A DNA stretch of 64,000 bases from Lepidodermella squamata (GCA_047495785.1 JBLDXI010000003.1:1178001-1242000), one strand, 5' to 3'. Shown: positions 42,410 to 55,589, counted from the first letter of the stretch. Notes: generated from the letters alone by a model not told the origin. A program made the numbers and translations.

Positions 42410-44149
42410 ATGTCTATCTTACTTGGAACCTTGTTTTTGTACTCGATCGCTAGCTACCTCATCTGCAATCATTTGACATCAGGATTTCTTATCGTCGGAG
42501 AGAGTAAGTCGAATTTCTGGGTCATTTTGAAGATTACCTCTATCTATTTTTAGTCATGGAGCGCCTGCATTGTGGCGAAGTGCCGTCCATTCCTAATGGT
42601 TACATTGAAACGCATCCGACTTATACTCTGAAGCAGATAAAATGCATAGCTGGTTACGAAATTTACGACGGAGATGGTACAGTCTGGTGTAACGGGAGTC
42701 CTGGTTCAGGCAATCGAGGTCAATGGATTGTTGGCGGGAAGTGTCGCAATGACTTGATTTCCCGGAAATGCGAGGGTCAACCTGAAATGCCGTACGGTCT
42801 AGTCGAGGCAGGGTCGAACCTCGAAGGAACCGTTAGGGAAGTTAGATGCATGGAAGGCTACGTTCCAGCTGGGAATTTGTCTGTGAAATGTGAATCTGAT
42901 GGTAAATGGCATACGTATGGCTCATGCCAGCTGGCCTGTGGCTATTTCTCTAATTTCCCGCTATTCAGTTACATGTTCAGTTCTTACTGCTCAAGTATGA
43001 ATTCTGATAATAAGAAATTGCATCCTTCATCCTTCATCCTCTGTAGCTATGACCTGCGGACCAATTCCTCGAATAGAAAACGGGTTCGTCAACTTCCATA
43101 CGCGGAGACTTCAATGCCATCCAGGTTACCGACTTCTGGGTACGGATGATGTCGCATGTGAGGCGGTAAGCGGAGTTTGGCTGATCAGAGGAGCGTGTTT
43201 TTTAGAGCCTACTCAACCAAAAGACTACCCCTCGGCCCCAACAAAAAAGTTTGGGTTGTCTCATCTTTTCTTGTCTTTAACGCATTTTTCCTTTAGATGG
43301 AGGCCAACGATGAGACCGACGAAAAACATTACAACTCCCACGACTACAGTGGCCACTACATCACAGCTACCTCAATCAACAACGATACAATGGACTACTG
43401 ACTTGATAACATCGGTCAAGGCTGGAGAACTTGCTGTTACGAGTTATTTGCTAGTGAATGGCCTAGCTAGCGCTAATATGGCAGACTCCGATGGCTGGAC
43501 TGCTTTGATGTGGGCTGCTAACTACAACCGATCATCAATGGTTTCGCTGCTCCTTCAATACGGCGCTTCAGCCTCAGCGAAAAACCCTTTGGGGTCGACA
43601 GCTTTAATGTTTTCGGCGAAAATTCCAGATTCTCAGGAAATAATTGAGCTATTAGTCAAAGGAGGCGGTTCAGTTAATGACGTAAATAATTTTGGAATAT
43701 CAGCGCTAGCCTTGGCAGCTCAGAGTAACCTAGTCTCTAACGTGAATATGCTGCTTAAATTTGGGGCGGCTGTTGATTTGAGGGACAGGGAAAAAGCTAC
43801 TCCCTTGATATGGGCAACTAGAGGTAACAGTTCTTCCTGTGTAAGTTCTCTTATCAGGGCAGGGGCTAATGTGAATGCGAGGAATGTTCAGGAGCAAACT
43901 GCTTTGATGATCGCGGCTAGGAGCGGGTATCTTGAGGTTGCAAGGTGTTTACTGGATTACAAGGCTGATTGGACTTTGTCGGATTTCGAGGGATACACCG
44001 CGACTAAACTAGCCCTCTACTACGGCCAGTTGGATATTTACGACTTAATTAACACTTACGCCCAGGCCTCACAAGGTCTCAGTACTTCTGTCAATGCTAC
44101 TACCGTAACAATGAATGCAACAATACCTGATCCGACAACAAAGATTTAA
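42410..44149 (+). CDS. Array gene G: secreted 3x Sushi + Thr-rich linker + ankyrin module lacking the Cys cap; exons 42410-42503, 42554-42994, 43047-44149 (possible in-frame intron 43249-43296)
   Basis: Hydrophobic N-terminus MSILLGTLFLYSIASYLIC; CGEVPSIPNG, CEGQPEMPYG and CGPIPRIENG modules; GWTALMWAA ankyrin repeats. Confidence 0.8.
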
Positions 44150-44284
44150 ATCTCAGTACACATTTTATGAATAAAAGAGTGTTTTTACACGAGTTGTTTA
44201 CGTGTTTTCCAGTGCTCATCTCTCCTCCCCTTTAACACTCACGAGCGTGTGCGGAAAATTCACACTTCTGCTCTGAGCTAAGAA

Positions 44285-45502
44285 ATGTTACTAGCTTTAC
44301 TAAACTTCCTAGGTTTTATCCCTCTAGTCTACAGCCAAGCTGCAGCAAGGAGATTCGAAAGTCGGAGTAAGTTATAGTGTTTACCAATTGAACACGGCTA
44401 TATTCAATAATGTTGCTTCAAGACACGTGCGGACCTGTACCTACTATACAATTCGGCTTCGTAGAAGATGCCTACCCCAACTCTCCCTATGGAACTGTTC
44501 GGCAAATAAGATGCATGAAGTCGAATATGATCGTTAATGGACCAGCTACGATAACCTGCGGAAGAAATGGGTGGTCTGTACCTGGTGTTTGTTTACAAGG
44601 TACGATTGCGATCACTATGATGATATCGAGTCTATTACTTTCCCTTTTAGACGTGCAACGTTGTCCGAAACTCGAAGCGCAAGCTGGTGTCTTCATACTG
44701 GAGCAAAGGATAGACGATAATTCCGGAAATCTCTACACCAAGTTTCAATGCACACCTAATTTCGAATTAGTTGGGGAAGGATTTGCAGTTTGCGAGCAAC
44801 AGCCTGGAGCTGATGATTTCGCCTGGAATTTCCAGGGTCGCTGCTACCCTATCGCAACTTTGCCTCCGCGACGCTTCTTCCAAACAACGCCATACCAGTT
44901 CAGAACACAAGCCAGACTTCCAGGTAAGGAAATCCATCAATAAGACCAAAATTGCATGGTTATAGTTTCAGTGTATGGCTTTACTCGTCCTCCATATTCT
45001 ACGGAGAGGATCGTCGTCTATATCCCCGATGAGCCTGATGCTATACCAATTCCAACATGGAGCCCATTGATTCAGCCCAAGACTACGACAAAGAAGCTCT
45101 CGTCACGTGAGTCTCTCATCTCCACTGAACCGCGGCTAATGCCAAGTAAATTTTCAGCTGGAGCAAAAACTATCGCGCCCGCGGATGATGACTATTACGA
45201 TGATGGTAATTTGTCAGCGAATACTTATGTATTAATGCTTACCATCTGACTTATTCCTGCAGATACAACGAAACCAAATCAGAAACCCAGTGAGGATTTT
45301 GGGCTTAGACCCACTAAGTTCTTTTGACATTTTTCATTACATAGCTCCCACAACTGTTAAGCCGAAAGCTCCGTCAGGTATTGCTAGAGGGCTATAATAT
45401 TTTAGTTCAATATGTTATAATCCTCGTCTGCTTTTAGTCACCCTGCCACCGAGACCAACAACAAAGCCGATGCCACTGCCTGACGTGGAATACTACGACT
45501 GA
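44285..45502 (+). CDS. Array gene H: secreted 2x Sushi + Pro/Thr-rich tail ending DVEYYD; exons 44285-44366, 44423-44599, 44651-44923, ~44966-45205, 45263-45289, 45345-45377, 45438-45502 (~298 aa)
   Basis: Signal peptide MLLALLNFLGFIPLVYS; CGPVPTIQFG and CPKLEAQAG modules; small phase-1 exons; no ankyrin. Confidence 0.72.
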
Positions 45503-45690
45503 AGAGCGCGCTAATCAGCGGGCAGTTTGTGGCGAGTTTTTTGCGGATTTGTGTCGCTGCAGATTTGTAACAGCCCGCTTTCTCCCTCCTGCATATACGC
45601 ATAATCCTCCGTAATGGAAATTTAATACATTCTCACAAGTGCATATTGATCGAATAGAAGCAGAGAATAAAGCAATCTTTTCTAATAACA

Positions 45691-47730
45691 ATGAGGCCAC
45701 TGGCCGTGATCTTTGGTCTTTTTTCCGCTGTTCAAGGACGTATGAGTGGCTTAATATCGTATCAAACTAGTGAATAACTCATTCATCTTTGTTCCAGAGT
45801 CATTTTGCACAGGGCCCTTGCCAATAGTGCCTAATGGTTACGTAACATCGGGCGGATCTTCCTACGGCGATCAGAGGATGATAGTTTGCAGCTCGATTTA
45901 CGAAATACAGGGTACAAACGTCATAACCTGTGCAGCAAATGGTTGGACAGTTCCCGGCCAGTGCGTTCGGAAAACAACTTCTCTCTACACTGGGCGATGC
46001 AAAAGTGGCGACCCATTGATTGATAATGGGTTTTTGCGGGCGGGTGGCAATGATCCTGGTACGATTCGGATTATGGTCTGCAAATCCGGCTATCAATTAG
46101 TTGGCCTTCCCTTTGCATTATGCACGCGGGAGAGCAAATGGATTGTACAAGGAGCCTGCGTCCTTCGTAAGCCATTTTGCCAATTCCAATCAATTTTTTC
46201 ATATTTCTGATTTAGTGAGCGGTTCGTTTTCCTTTCCCAACGAGTTCAGCTCTTCAAAGTGTTAAATTCTAGATTTATTGCTTGCGGCTGCTAGAGAAGC
46301 TCTTGGAGGTTAAAACTTCTCATTATTATGTTTCGGTTTTTCCAAAATTCTTTCTCCAGATGCTTTATGCAAGGCACCTGCTCCTACTGTTAGCAATGGT
46401 TATGTTGAAGACGAGAACACCGATGCTGTGATAGGAGAAAGCCGTGATGTAATATGCAATTCCGACTTATACGACATTCAAGGAGCTAAAAACGTCACTT
46501 GCAACGTCGATGGATGGAGCAAGCCGGGAACATGTGTTCGCAGGGTGTCTCAATCATTCGCTGGCCGATGCAGGAGCGGCGATCCAGTTGTTGAGAACGC
46601 CATTATCAGAGCAGGGCCTAGTGACCCTAACACTATGAGGGCCATTGTTTGTAGATCAGGCTTTCAATTGGTTGGCGTGGGAACCGTGCTGTGCAACAAC
46701 CAGGGCGTATGGGTAATTCAAGGTTACTGCGTACCAAGTAAGAGCTAACTTATGTTGGACCGAGATGCTATCAACTTTTTCCAATCTCTTAGACACACCT
46801 TTGCGTCCAGCTTCAAACCAAGCGATCGCGCAGAGTAACGCAGAAAGAAGTACGCAATTCATTATCATTTTAATTGCTAATTACCATTTCTCCTGGTTTT
46901 TTTTCGATCCCCGTTTTCATTTTTTGCCTAACAAAGCCGATCTTGGATTTTTTTATCGTATGAGCGGTTTCATTGTAGAATTTCATTGTAGATAGTTGTG
47001 TGCATTTTTTGTCTTCTCGCTTTTTTCTTACGCATACTATGTTGTTAATTTGACGGCAAATATATGACAATTGAATTTTTTTCTAAATTTTTTCTTTGCC
47101 CCCTTATTATAATTCAGATTCTATTAACTTCACGCGAGATTTTTTGTGATTTAATTTGAGCCATTTAGGTTCAATCATTTTCCCACGATTTTCCATTTCA
47201 AATCCTCAATGGTTTTAAACAAGGTCAAATCAAATTTGATTTCCCACCAAGAGAGTGAAATAACCCATGATTTGAGTAAAAAAGTGTTAGGCACTGAAAA
47301 TGGATATTTTATATAATAAATTGTTACGTGCAGCAATAGAGATGCCAATAAACATTTTTTATTATGCTACCCAGGCCAAGGTATGGGTCCCAGACCAACG
47401 ACTAGGCAAGATCTTCCACCCGCAATCATCATCAACCAGCTTCAAACCAGACCTACAAGTACATTATTTCAGCTCACAGATTGTTGCCTAAAATTTTGAT
47501 TTTCAGTTCCGACAATTCGCATCAATCAACCTGTGACAGCGCCTAGGCCTTCTCTAACTGCAGTGAAAGCTGTAACAATCGTGAGAACTACAACAACTCC
47601 AGTCTATGACTACTACGGGGAAGGTGAAGGTGAGCAGTTCAAGAAAGTTCTTAATTTTTTTGCAGACTCCTAATTGCATTTGCGTGGCTTTTAATTAGAC
47701 TTGCCGCAGCCACTGGATGGAAAGTCATGA
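45691..47730 (+). CDS. Array gene I: secreted 4x Sushi (duplicated pair) + Pro/Thr tail; exons 45691-45739, 45798-46166, 46216-46221, 46273-46308, 46360-46737, 46793-46849, 47375-47458, 47507-47629, last exon 47699-47730 or 47666-47673
   Basis: Signal peptide MRPLAVIFGLFSAVQG; two copies of a C..P.P.V.NGYV / GRC.SGDP..N pair; tail TTTPVYDYYGEGE. The 3' end and micro-exons are less certain. Confidence 0.68.
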
Positions 47731-48106
47731 GATGAGCGGTAAGATAGCGAGCCAGTTTTTTTGTAGCAGACCAGTCGTTTACAATCTCTATAATTTGCCG
47801 TTACACACAACAGGCGCCGCATGCGACACACATTTGTTGTTGTTGGCGATAATCAAGCAATTTATAGTGGTCAGCGCCGGCACGTTTCATCGGCCATCAT
47901 CACCGGTGCCATTACATTGTAACTTTAGCACCCCCACCGGCTTTTTTTAATATTATAATAATTTAATTATGCGCTTCTTATTCTATCACACTTATGTTCT
48001 GCGTGTCAAACGTCCACCCTAATAAAGCAAAATCCCATGTATAATAATATCATGCGTCGTGTTGTTGAATGAGCGTCTCTAAAGCTGCTTCATCGCAATT
48101 ACCATC

Positions 48107-49164
48107 ATGGCTAGGTTGGATAGCGTTATTGCTGCATTGTTTCTGGCTTTCTTACAGCTCGCTGTCGGCCAGCTGAAAGCCGTATCCTGGCTGGATGATT
48201 GTAAGCCGAGATTATAATTCTACGCAGTTTTTATATAATTCCCTCTTAAGTTCGATGTCATTTTATGCACAATCCTAGAATTACGAATGGCGAAATCGTG
48301 TTCTGGAACGGCGGCCCGGCGATTAAATGTGACCCAGGCTATTACTTAGAAGGCAGAGGAAATGCTATTTGCAACTACTACAGCGGTTGGACGGTTTTCG
48401 GTAGATGCCGGCCCTATCCAATGATCTCAAACGAGGAGGGCTGTGCGAAAGAGCCGATGGTACCATTTGGGACAGTGCAGGATGGCGATATTAGTACAGG
48501 CGCTATTCGAAAGGTGAAATGCTTCTCAGACGATAGAGCGCCCGTTTTTGTCGCATGCTTCCCCGATGGAGAATGGAAACTGATTGGTGGAGTTCGATGC
48601 CCGGTGATGGATATCGTCAAATGCCGGTATCAAGGATGGTTCGGTCCGTTCTGCATGGAGCCAGAAAGCCCTCCTGTCGCTATCCTTCCAACAACCAAAA
48701 AGCCGTTCACCACACCACCGCCTTACTTAGACAATACTTTGATAGGCTCGATAAGGGCGAATGATCTCGCAACCGTTAGGATTCGACTTAGAGGTAGGCA
48801 GGCGGATTTAGAGGAAATGGACGAGAATGGCTGGACGGCGCTGATGTGGGCTGCGTATCATAACTTGTTAGGGACTGTTCGAGCGTTGATCGAACGGGGA
48901 GTTGACGTGAACGCGCGAAGTCACAGGGGCCAAACAGCGCTGATGGTTGCGGCTTTTGCGGGCAACGCGGAGATTGTGCGCTGGCTGCTGGACAGCGGCG
49001 CGAATGCGAAGCTGCGCGACGATGAGGGCAACACGGCGGCGTTTTTTGCGTCGACCCGCGGTCACACGGCCATAAAAGACCTGCTAACACAAAGAACGCT
49101 CGCAAACGATGCAACTGACAGTGGTAGCCTTTATTTTTACGATGAAAAACCTACTAACAAGTAA
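48107..49164 (+). CDS. Array gene J: secreted 2x Sushi + short Cys motif + short ankyrin module without Cys cap; exons 48107-48200, 48251-49164 (~335 aa)
   Basis: Signal peptide MARLDSVIAALFLAFLQLAVG; CHFMHNPRITNG and CAKEPMVPFG modules; CRYQGWFGPFC; GWTALMWAA and GQTALMVAA repeats. Confidence 0.84.
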
Positions 49165-49252
49165 ACAAGTCCAATATAACGCATACATTAAAAGACCGGC
49201 GCATTTTTTGTAACCTGATTGTTTCTCATTTTTTAGTCTTAGGTAGGCATAG

Positions 49253-51506
49253 ATGAATAATCCGGTAATTACCACAATCTTGCTTGTCCTCATTGGACAA
49301 GAAGCCCTAGGACGTAAGTTTTCTACCTATGAAATCGGCATTAACTCAAGATCATCCCCGCAGAAACTCAGACACCTCAATACATTGGTCGATGCAAGTC
49401 TGCGGAGCCGTTTTTCAGGAACGGTATTGTTCGGCCTGGTTCCAATGACCCGGGAGCTGTGAGAATCGTTACATGCCGGTCTGGTTATCAGATGGTTGGT
49501 CTTTCGACGGTGATTTGCACGAACAACGGTTACTGGATGGTCCAAGGATCTTGCGAACCTTGTGAGTTGACCTATTTTTTCGACTGCATATAAAGTCGTC
49601 TATAAAATTGCACCAATTTAATTCCGCTTTTACTTTTTTTTAGATGTCGGTAGGTAAATTTAGTTAACCACATCAACCATGCAAAGCAGAGTTTCTTAAG
49701 GTAATGCTTTCGATAATGTTGCGAACGCCGTTCGCGTCGTTCAGCCGCCCGCGGTGCGCGTCGACGAAGCCGCCGCTGCTCAAAACCGCCAAGCCGGTCC
49801 TCAGATCAGATGCAAATCTGGCGAGCCGTTTGTCCGCGGGGGCTACGTTTCGCAGGGAGACAGCGAACCTGGCTCAATCCGAACTTTGACTTGCTCCTTT
49901 GGCAACTTGCTTATCGGATCATCAACTGTCATTTGCAGCCGGATTGGAGTCTGGGAGACGCAAGGCTATTGCGCCCCGCGTATGTTCACATTTCCGACTG
50001 AAATTCTCAAAATAATATGATTTCTTTAGTTGTTGGTAGGTCCTTTTATTAGGCTATATTACTTGGACGATTGAGAATTTTATTTGGAAGACCCTCAGAG
50101 CTCAGCGAACCCAGAGGCTCCGCAACCATCCCAGCGGAATATCGCTCAGGTGCCTCCTCAGATGTCTCAAACCGATAATGGCCAATGGCAGGCGATGCCC
50201 CAACCTCAACCGGCGCCTCAACCTATGCCAATGCCGATTCCTCAGCCTATGCCTATGCCTATGCCTCAGCCAATACCGCAACCGCAACCTCAGACGGTGC
50301 CTGAGCAGACGGCTCCAGCTGCGCCAAGGCCGCGTCGCATTCCGACAACTGCTCGCCCAACTACGCTACTCCCTGAGATTTTGGTCCAGAATCAGGAGCC
50401 AATGATCATGATCGAGCCTCCACCAACACCAGCAATGCCACGTAATATATTTTCTTTAAATTCCGATACAGTATGACCATTTTCTCAAAACAGAGCCTCA
50501 GCCTGCAGCTACAGCCCCGAGAAGGCGTAAGAATATTAACTTCACGTTTCATTCGAGTCACTAATTTTACATTTCAAGGACCAACAACAGCTAGACCGAC
50601 CACCCTGGCTATGCCAATTGTTGATTTGCCCGCCCCTATGTCGCCTGTCCAGCCGCAGCCAGTCCCGCCACAGCCAATCCAGCAACAGCCTGTCCAGCAA
50701 CAACCAGTCCAACCTCAAGGTAAATTTTCACGACAATGTTTTAAGGTCAACATCTGGTTTTTCTAAAGCTCCAGTTGCCGCTCCGAGTGCCTCAAAAGGT
50801 AAGTATAATTTCCTGAGTACCCTTAATGCGAAAAACAAATAAATTTCCAGGCCCGAGATATCGCACAACAACAGCGGCAAATGTTGCTCGATGCTGCCGT
50901 AATAAGGTAAACTCGCCTGATCTTATCAAAGCTATCAAAGAAAACGACATGGCCGCCTTCGTCGGACAACTTTTCGCCGGTGGCAACGCCGACGCTAACA
51001 CCGCAGATGCAGACACCACCCTACCCGCCCTGTTGGTCGCAGCTCAATACGACCGAAGCGAACTCATGATGTCTCTCATTGGCTGCTGCGCTGATGTCAA
51101 CGCCCGCGCCCCAGATGGTTCAACTGTTTTGATGCTTGCTGCGAAAAACAACGGTTCTATGCCGATTTTGCAACAGCTTGTCACGCTCGGTGTCGATGTT
51201 AACGCCCGCAACATGATGGGCCAAACCGCTTTGATGATCGCCGCTCAAAACGGTCTGCCTGCTAATATCGACGTCCTCCTCCAGGCCGGAGCTGATATGA
51301 AGCTTCGTGACGGCCAGGCAGGCAATACCGCGCTTTTCTACGCCGTTATGTCGAAAAAACTCGACGCTGTTCAAGTTTTGGTGGCCAGCGGCGCTAATAC
51401 CCAGGATACGAATGCTTCTGGTGACAAGCCGGTCGATGTTGCTTCTAAGCTCTCGGCTTTCGACATTGTTTCTTTCTTGCTCTCCCTCACTCCTGCGTCT
51501 TCGTGA
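49253..51506 (+). CDS. Array gene K: secreted 2x Sushi + Pro/Gln/Met-rich linker + ankyrin module; exons 49253-49313, 49364-49561, 49644-49649, 49701-49979, 50030-50035, 50091-50441, 50494-50526, 50579-50719, 50769-50798, 50851-51506 (~586 aa)
   Basis: Signal peptide MNNPVITTILLVLIGQEALG; RCKSAEP and RCKSGEP Sushi modules; PQPMPMP repeats; RCCRNK cap and GCCADV; all introns phase 1. Confidence 0.72.
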
Positions 51507-51842
51507 AACATTTCAGACATAGTTCAGAAGAGTTGGTACTCGTAGAAATAAAACCGCTATGTGTTTTGGCAATTCCTCATTTTTTTCGGTGCAATAGTTC
51601 CAGCAGTACTGTGTAATTTGAAATGGCGGACCCTTAATTACATATCCCGAAAATTTCGGGTTTGATCTCACCTATTTTCATTCATGAGGGCTGTCTAGCA
51701 CTTGGCGTAATAAGGAACGCTAATTTTGCGTGCAAAACAAAGCACTTGAACTAAATGGCCGTTTTTCGCGCTTTGAAGTGACAATTTTTTCGCCTTGTAC
51801 AATATACAACATCAGTTACAACTGTAAACAACACATCGAGTA

Positions 51843-53009
51843 ATGATCATCACATTGACCGAAATCTGCCTGGCTGTAATTCTTCCGGCGATTGTCCAGG
51901 CCCAGATGAGTAAGCATACAAATATTGGACCTTAGTGCCTTCGCAATGAAGTTTTTCAATTAGGATACTGTGGATTGGCGCCCTACATCGAAAATGGATT
52001 TGTGGTCGATCAAGTTTCACACTACTCCCCAGTTGGCTTCGCAAAATTTCTAGCATGTGATCCCAACTACACCTTGCAAGGACCGGTCGCAATTCGTTGC
52101 ACAGATCGCGGCTGGACAACACCCGGGAAGTGCGTTAAAAGTATTCGGGTGACTGATCCGAATGAAGACGTGCCTTGCAATTTCGTCCCATTCGTTGCTA
52201 ATTCTCGGTTTGTAAGCCATGGCCAAATACAAAACTATCTATGGCGGATGTTTCAATGCCTGCCTGGCTATGAATTGGACGGAGCGGCTTTCATCACGTG
52301 TGATCTCGCAAGGAACACGTGGGTCCGAAGGGGTGAATGTCGGAATCGTAAGTTATTAGATTTTTGCTTTGAACTCTAGAAACATTGGTCTTCCTAGCTA
52401 ACAAACTTGGTCAACTTTTCTGCGTTCGAGAGCCTCAATTGTCCAATGCTATTATCGAGCAAGGCCATTCTTATATTGGCGCCACGAGAACGTTTACCTG
52501 CAATATTGGATATAGCGTTTCTGGAAGAAATTTGGTAACTTGCCTCATGGATGGCAACTGGCGAGCAAATGGTACCTGCGTTCCAGGTATGAATTGCGGC
52601 AATATCAGGGTGATGTAGAGTCTTTTTGTGAATTCAGCTAGCTTATGCTTTGGCCCTCTCCCTGTTGTGAAAAACGGCAATATCAATGGCGGCGGTATCG
52701 GAGTAGGGGCTACGCGGTCAGTAGTCTGCGATCCAGATTATGAGCTCATTGGCGCTTCAAAGATCTTCTGCCATCAAGGTGGATGGACAATGCCGGGTAT
52801 TTGCAAACAAAAATGTAAGCTCCTTTTAAACAGCAGCAAGGTCTTGGACTTTTCCTCCATTTTTTTCAGGGCAAAAGCCAGTTGCACTACTGCCGCATAA
52901 GGTCTACAATCGCAAGCTCAATCTCGAACAGGAGAATTACTACGGCGAGTACAGCGAATCCTCAGAAGAAAATTCGAAGAAGGGACAATCCTATGAATAT
53001 TATGACTGA
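51843..53009 (+). CDS. Array gene L: secreted 4x Sushi + acidic Tyr-rich tail (..ENYYGEYSESSEE..SYEYYD*); exons 51843-51909, 51964-52347, 52398-52586, 52638-52814, 52870-53009 (~318 aa)
   Basis: Signal peptide MIITLTEICLAVILPAIVQA; four Sushi modules; stop at 53009, AATAAA at 53021; no ankyrin. Confidence 0.82.
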
Positions 53010-53184
53010 AAATTGCTAGCAATAAAACAGGCGCATTTTTATCAACAGTTTTGTCGGAGATTAGGGTCCCTCTGCGTGCGCACTTAGATGAAGATCATAA
53101 AATACCTGAGGCTCTTAAAAGCATGCCATACAATTTTGTATTCTTTTACTGGGTAAAGGCTTAAGAAGGAGCGCATTTGGCAAG

Positions 53185-55047
53185 ATGCCTGCGTTATCTT
53201 ATGGTGGTTTACTGTTTTTGCTTCAAATCGTCCGTCTAATTCTATGTCAAACATATTGTGACCAGCCGCCTGATGTCGAATACGGTTACATCGAGTTATC
53301 CAACCCGGTTCTCCTATCGCCTGTCGGTTCTAAAGGGCTTGTGAAGTGCGATTTTAAAGACTTCGTAGTAGACGGGCCTGAGTCAATTACGTGTCAAGGC
53401 AGCGGCGACTGGACTGTTCCAGGTCGTTGTGTCATACTGGGTATGAATTCTATTCAGGAACAATTTCTCCCATTAATTTTTATCAAATCAGGAGAGTCAT
53501 CACTGTGCAGACCTGTGCTACCGGATTTCGTACCCAATGCTGAGTTCGTTGACCTCGCTGCGGCGGGTGATTCATCAGTATGGCGACGCTTCAAATGCAA
53601 ACCGGGATACAAGTTGAAGGGCTCAGATTTCGTTCAATGCCTATTTGAAGAGAACAAGTGGGTTCCACAAGGCGAATGCATACCAGGTCGTTAATCTAAT
53701 ATGACTCTAATTATGTAACAATATAAACCAAAACAGAGAAAATTTCAAGGTGCATTGCCGAGCCACAAATTCGTAACGGAATCGCGTATTCTGGGAGCAA
53801 TTTAATTGGATCAACTCGAGTTATCGAATGTTTCATGGGATTTCGCGTATTTGGACTTAACAAAGTGACTTGTTTAGCAAATGGCACGTGGATTCAAAAC
53901 GGAACTTGCGTGCCAGGCTATCCTGACGATATAAATAACGAAAAATCTAGCGAAATTTCGACTTCCACCCCTTTGTATTGGGAACCCATGGCTTTTAACA
54001 TCTCTCAGCAATTCTCAGGCATGCCAGATTGGGCGATAAGCAGACCTAGTTCAAAGCCGCGTGATGAGGCTAGCTGTGAAGGTATCAACCCACCGAATAT
54101 TTTGAATGGTTGGTACAATAGCCTTGGAGCATCTAAATCAGTCAGCTGCGTTGATGGCTACGTAGTCAACGGTTCATCATTTATCACTTGCAACAACGGC
54201 GAATGGACAACGCCTGGGAATTGCATTCCAGGCGACAAAAGTGGGTAAACCTATTTTACACAATTGAATTTTGAAATGTTTCCTTGCAGACCAAACTGTT
54301 TGCCGTTGTGGTTACTACCCGAAAGTGCCGTCTCAGCAGCTGATCAGCCTCGTTAAAATCGGCTCCGAGGCATTCGTGGCGGCTTATATTCAAAGAAACG
54401 CAGATCCTAACTCTCGGGATCCAAGTAACGACTGGACAGCCCTTATGTTGGCTACGAATCGCGGAAATATCCCTGTTATGAGGACACTTTTACAATGTTG
54501 CGCCGATATTGGAGCGACTCGAAATGGAGACCAATTGACAGCTTTGCATCTTGCTGCTAGAAATAATGTTACGTCAGCCCCACTCCAGTTACTTTTGGCG
54601 CAAAAAGGGGTCGACGTCGGAGCGACTTCTAATTTCGGATCAACAGCTCTTCACCTGGCTGCTGAACGTTGCGCTACGAGAAACGTTGAGTTATTGATCA
54701 ACGCTAAGGCTGATTTGTCGGCTACAGATCGTAAAGGCATGACAGCCTTGCATTACGCTGCTGTAGCGAATTGTTCCGAGTCAACACGCATTCTTTTGGT
54801 AAACGGAGCGCAAGTTGATGCAGTGGATGATAGCGGTGTCACTGCCCTCATGATTGCGGCGAAAAATGGTGATAATGCGGTTGTTCGAGAGTTGCTTTCT
54901 AGGGGCGCGAATTCCAGTTTGAAAGATCGCGACGGCAAAACAGCGGTGGTCTTAGCTTTCGAAAACGGTCGCAGTGATGTTGTCAACATGATAACGAATT
55001 ACCTCGGAAATTTGTATGCTAAAAAATCACTCAAAACAGGAAAATAA
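53185..55047 (+). CDS. Array gene M: secreted 4x Sushi + ankyrin module; exons 53185-53440, 53492-53686, 53737-54240, 54290-55047 (~570 aa)
   Basis: Signal peptide MPALSYGGLLFLLQIVRLILC; CDQPPDVEYG and three further modules; CRCGYYPK cap and QCCADI. Confidence 0.85.
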
Positions 55048-55589
55048 ATAGCTCCTCAGCTTATTATTAAATTTTTTTGAAAAGGGTTTTTAAAAGCGCT
55101 ATAGAAACTCGCTTCGAAATATTCCCGGTTATAGTTATCTTAACGCTTTTATTCAAAGTAACCGAAACCTTCGAAGCAATTCTCAAGATCCAAATTAACC
55201 GCCGTAAATTCCAATGTGAAATTCCCAAGCAAAAGCTCCATTTAAGGAATTGTAATATGCATGGAAAAGATGGTAATTAATATTGTAAATTAGCCTCAAG
55301 TGGATAGTAATTAAAAAGTGGCCTCGAGTGTGACCGAATTATCTCGGCTCACTTTGCTCATTTTTTGCGGCGCATTTGAGTGTGCAAACAATATAAGACA
55401 AATGCGCATATCTCTTCGCTTGCTCTGATGAGCGTATTATGACAGCAACATACCTCCTATAACACACACTGTGTATCGCACGCACGTGCCGCTCACGCTC
55501 GGGTTATTTTTGAAAAGCTGCTCTTTAACTACGTGTCGACAGCAGCTAATCCATGGGCTTTGGTTGTCATAATAAAAAAGCATAACCAC

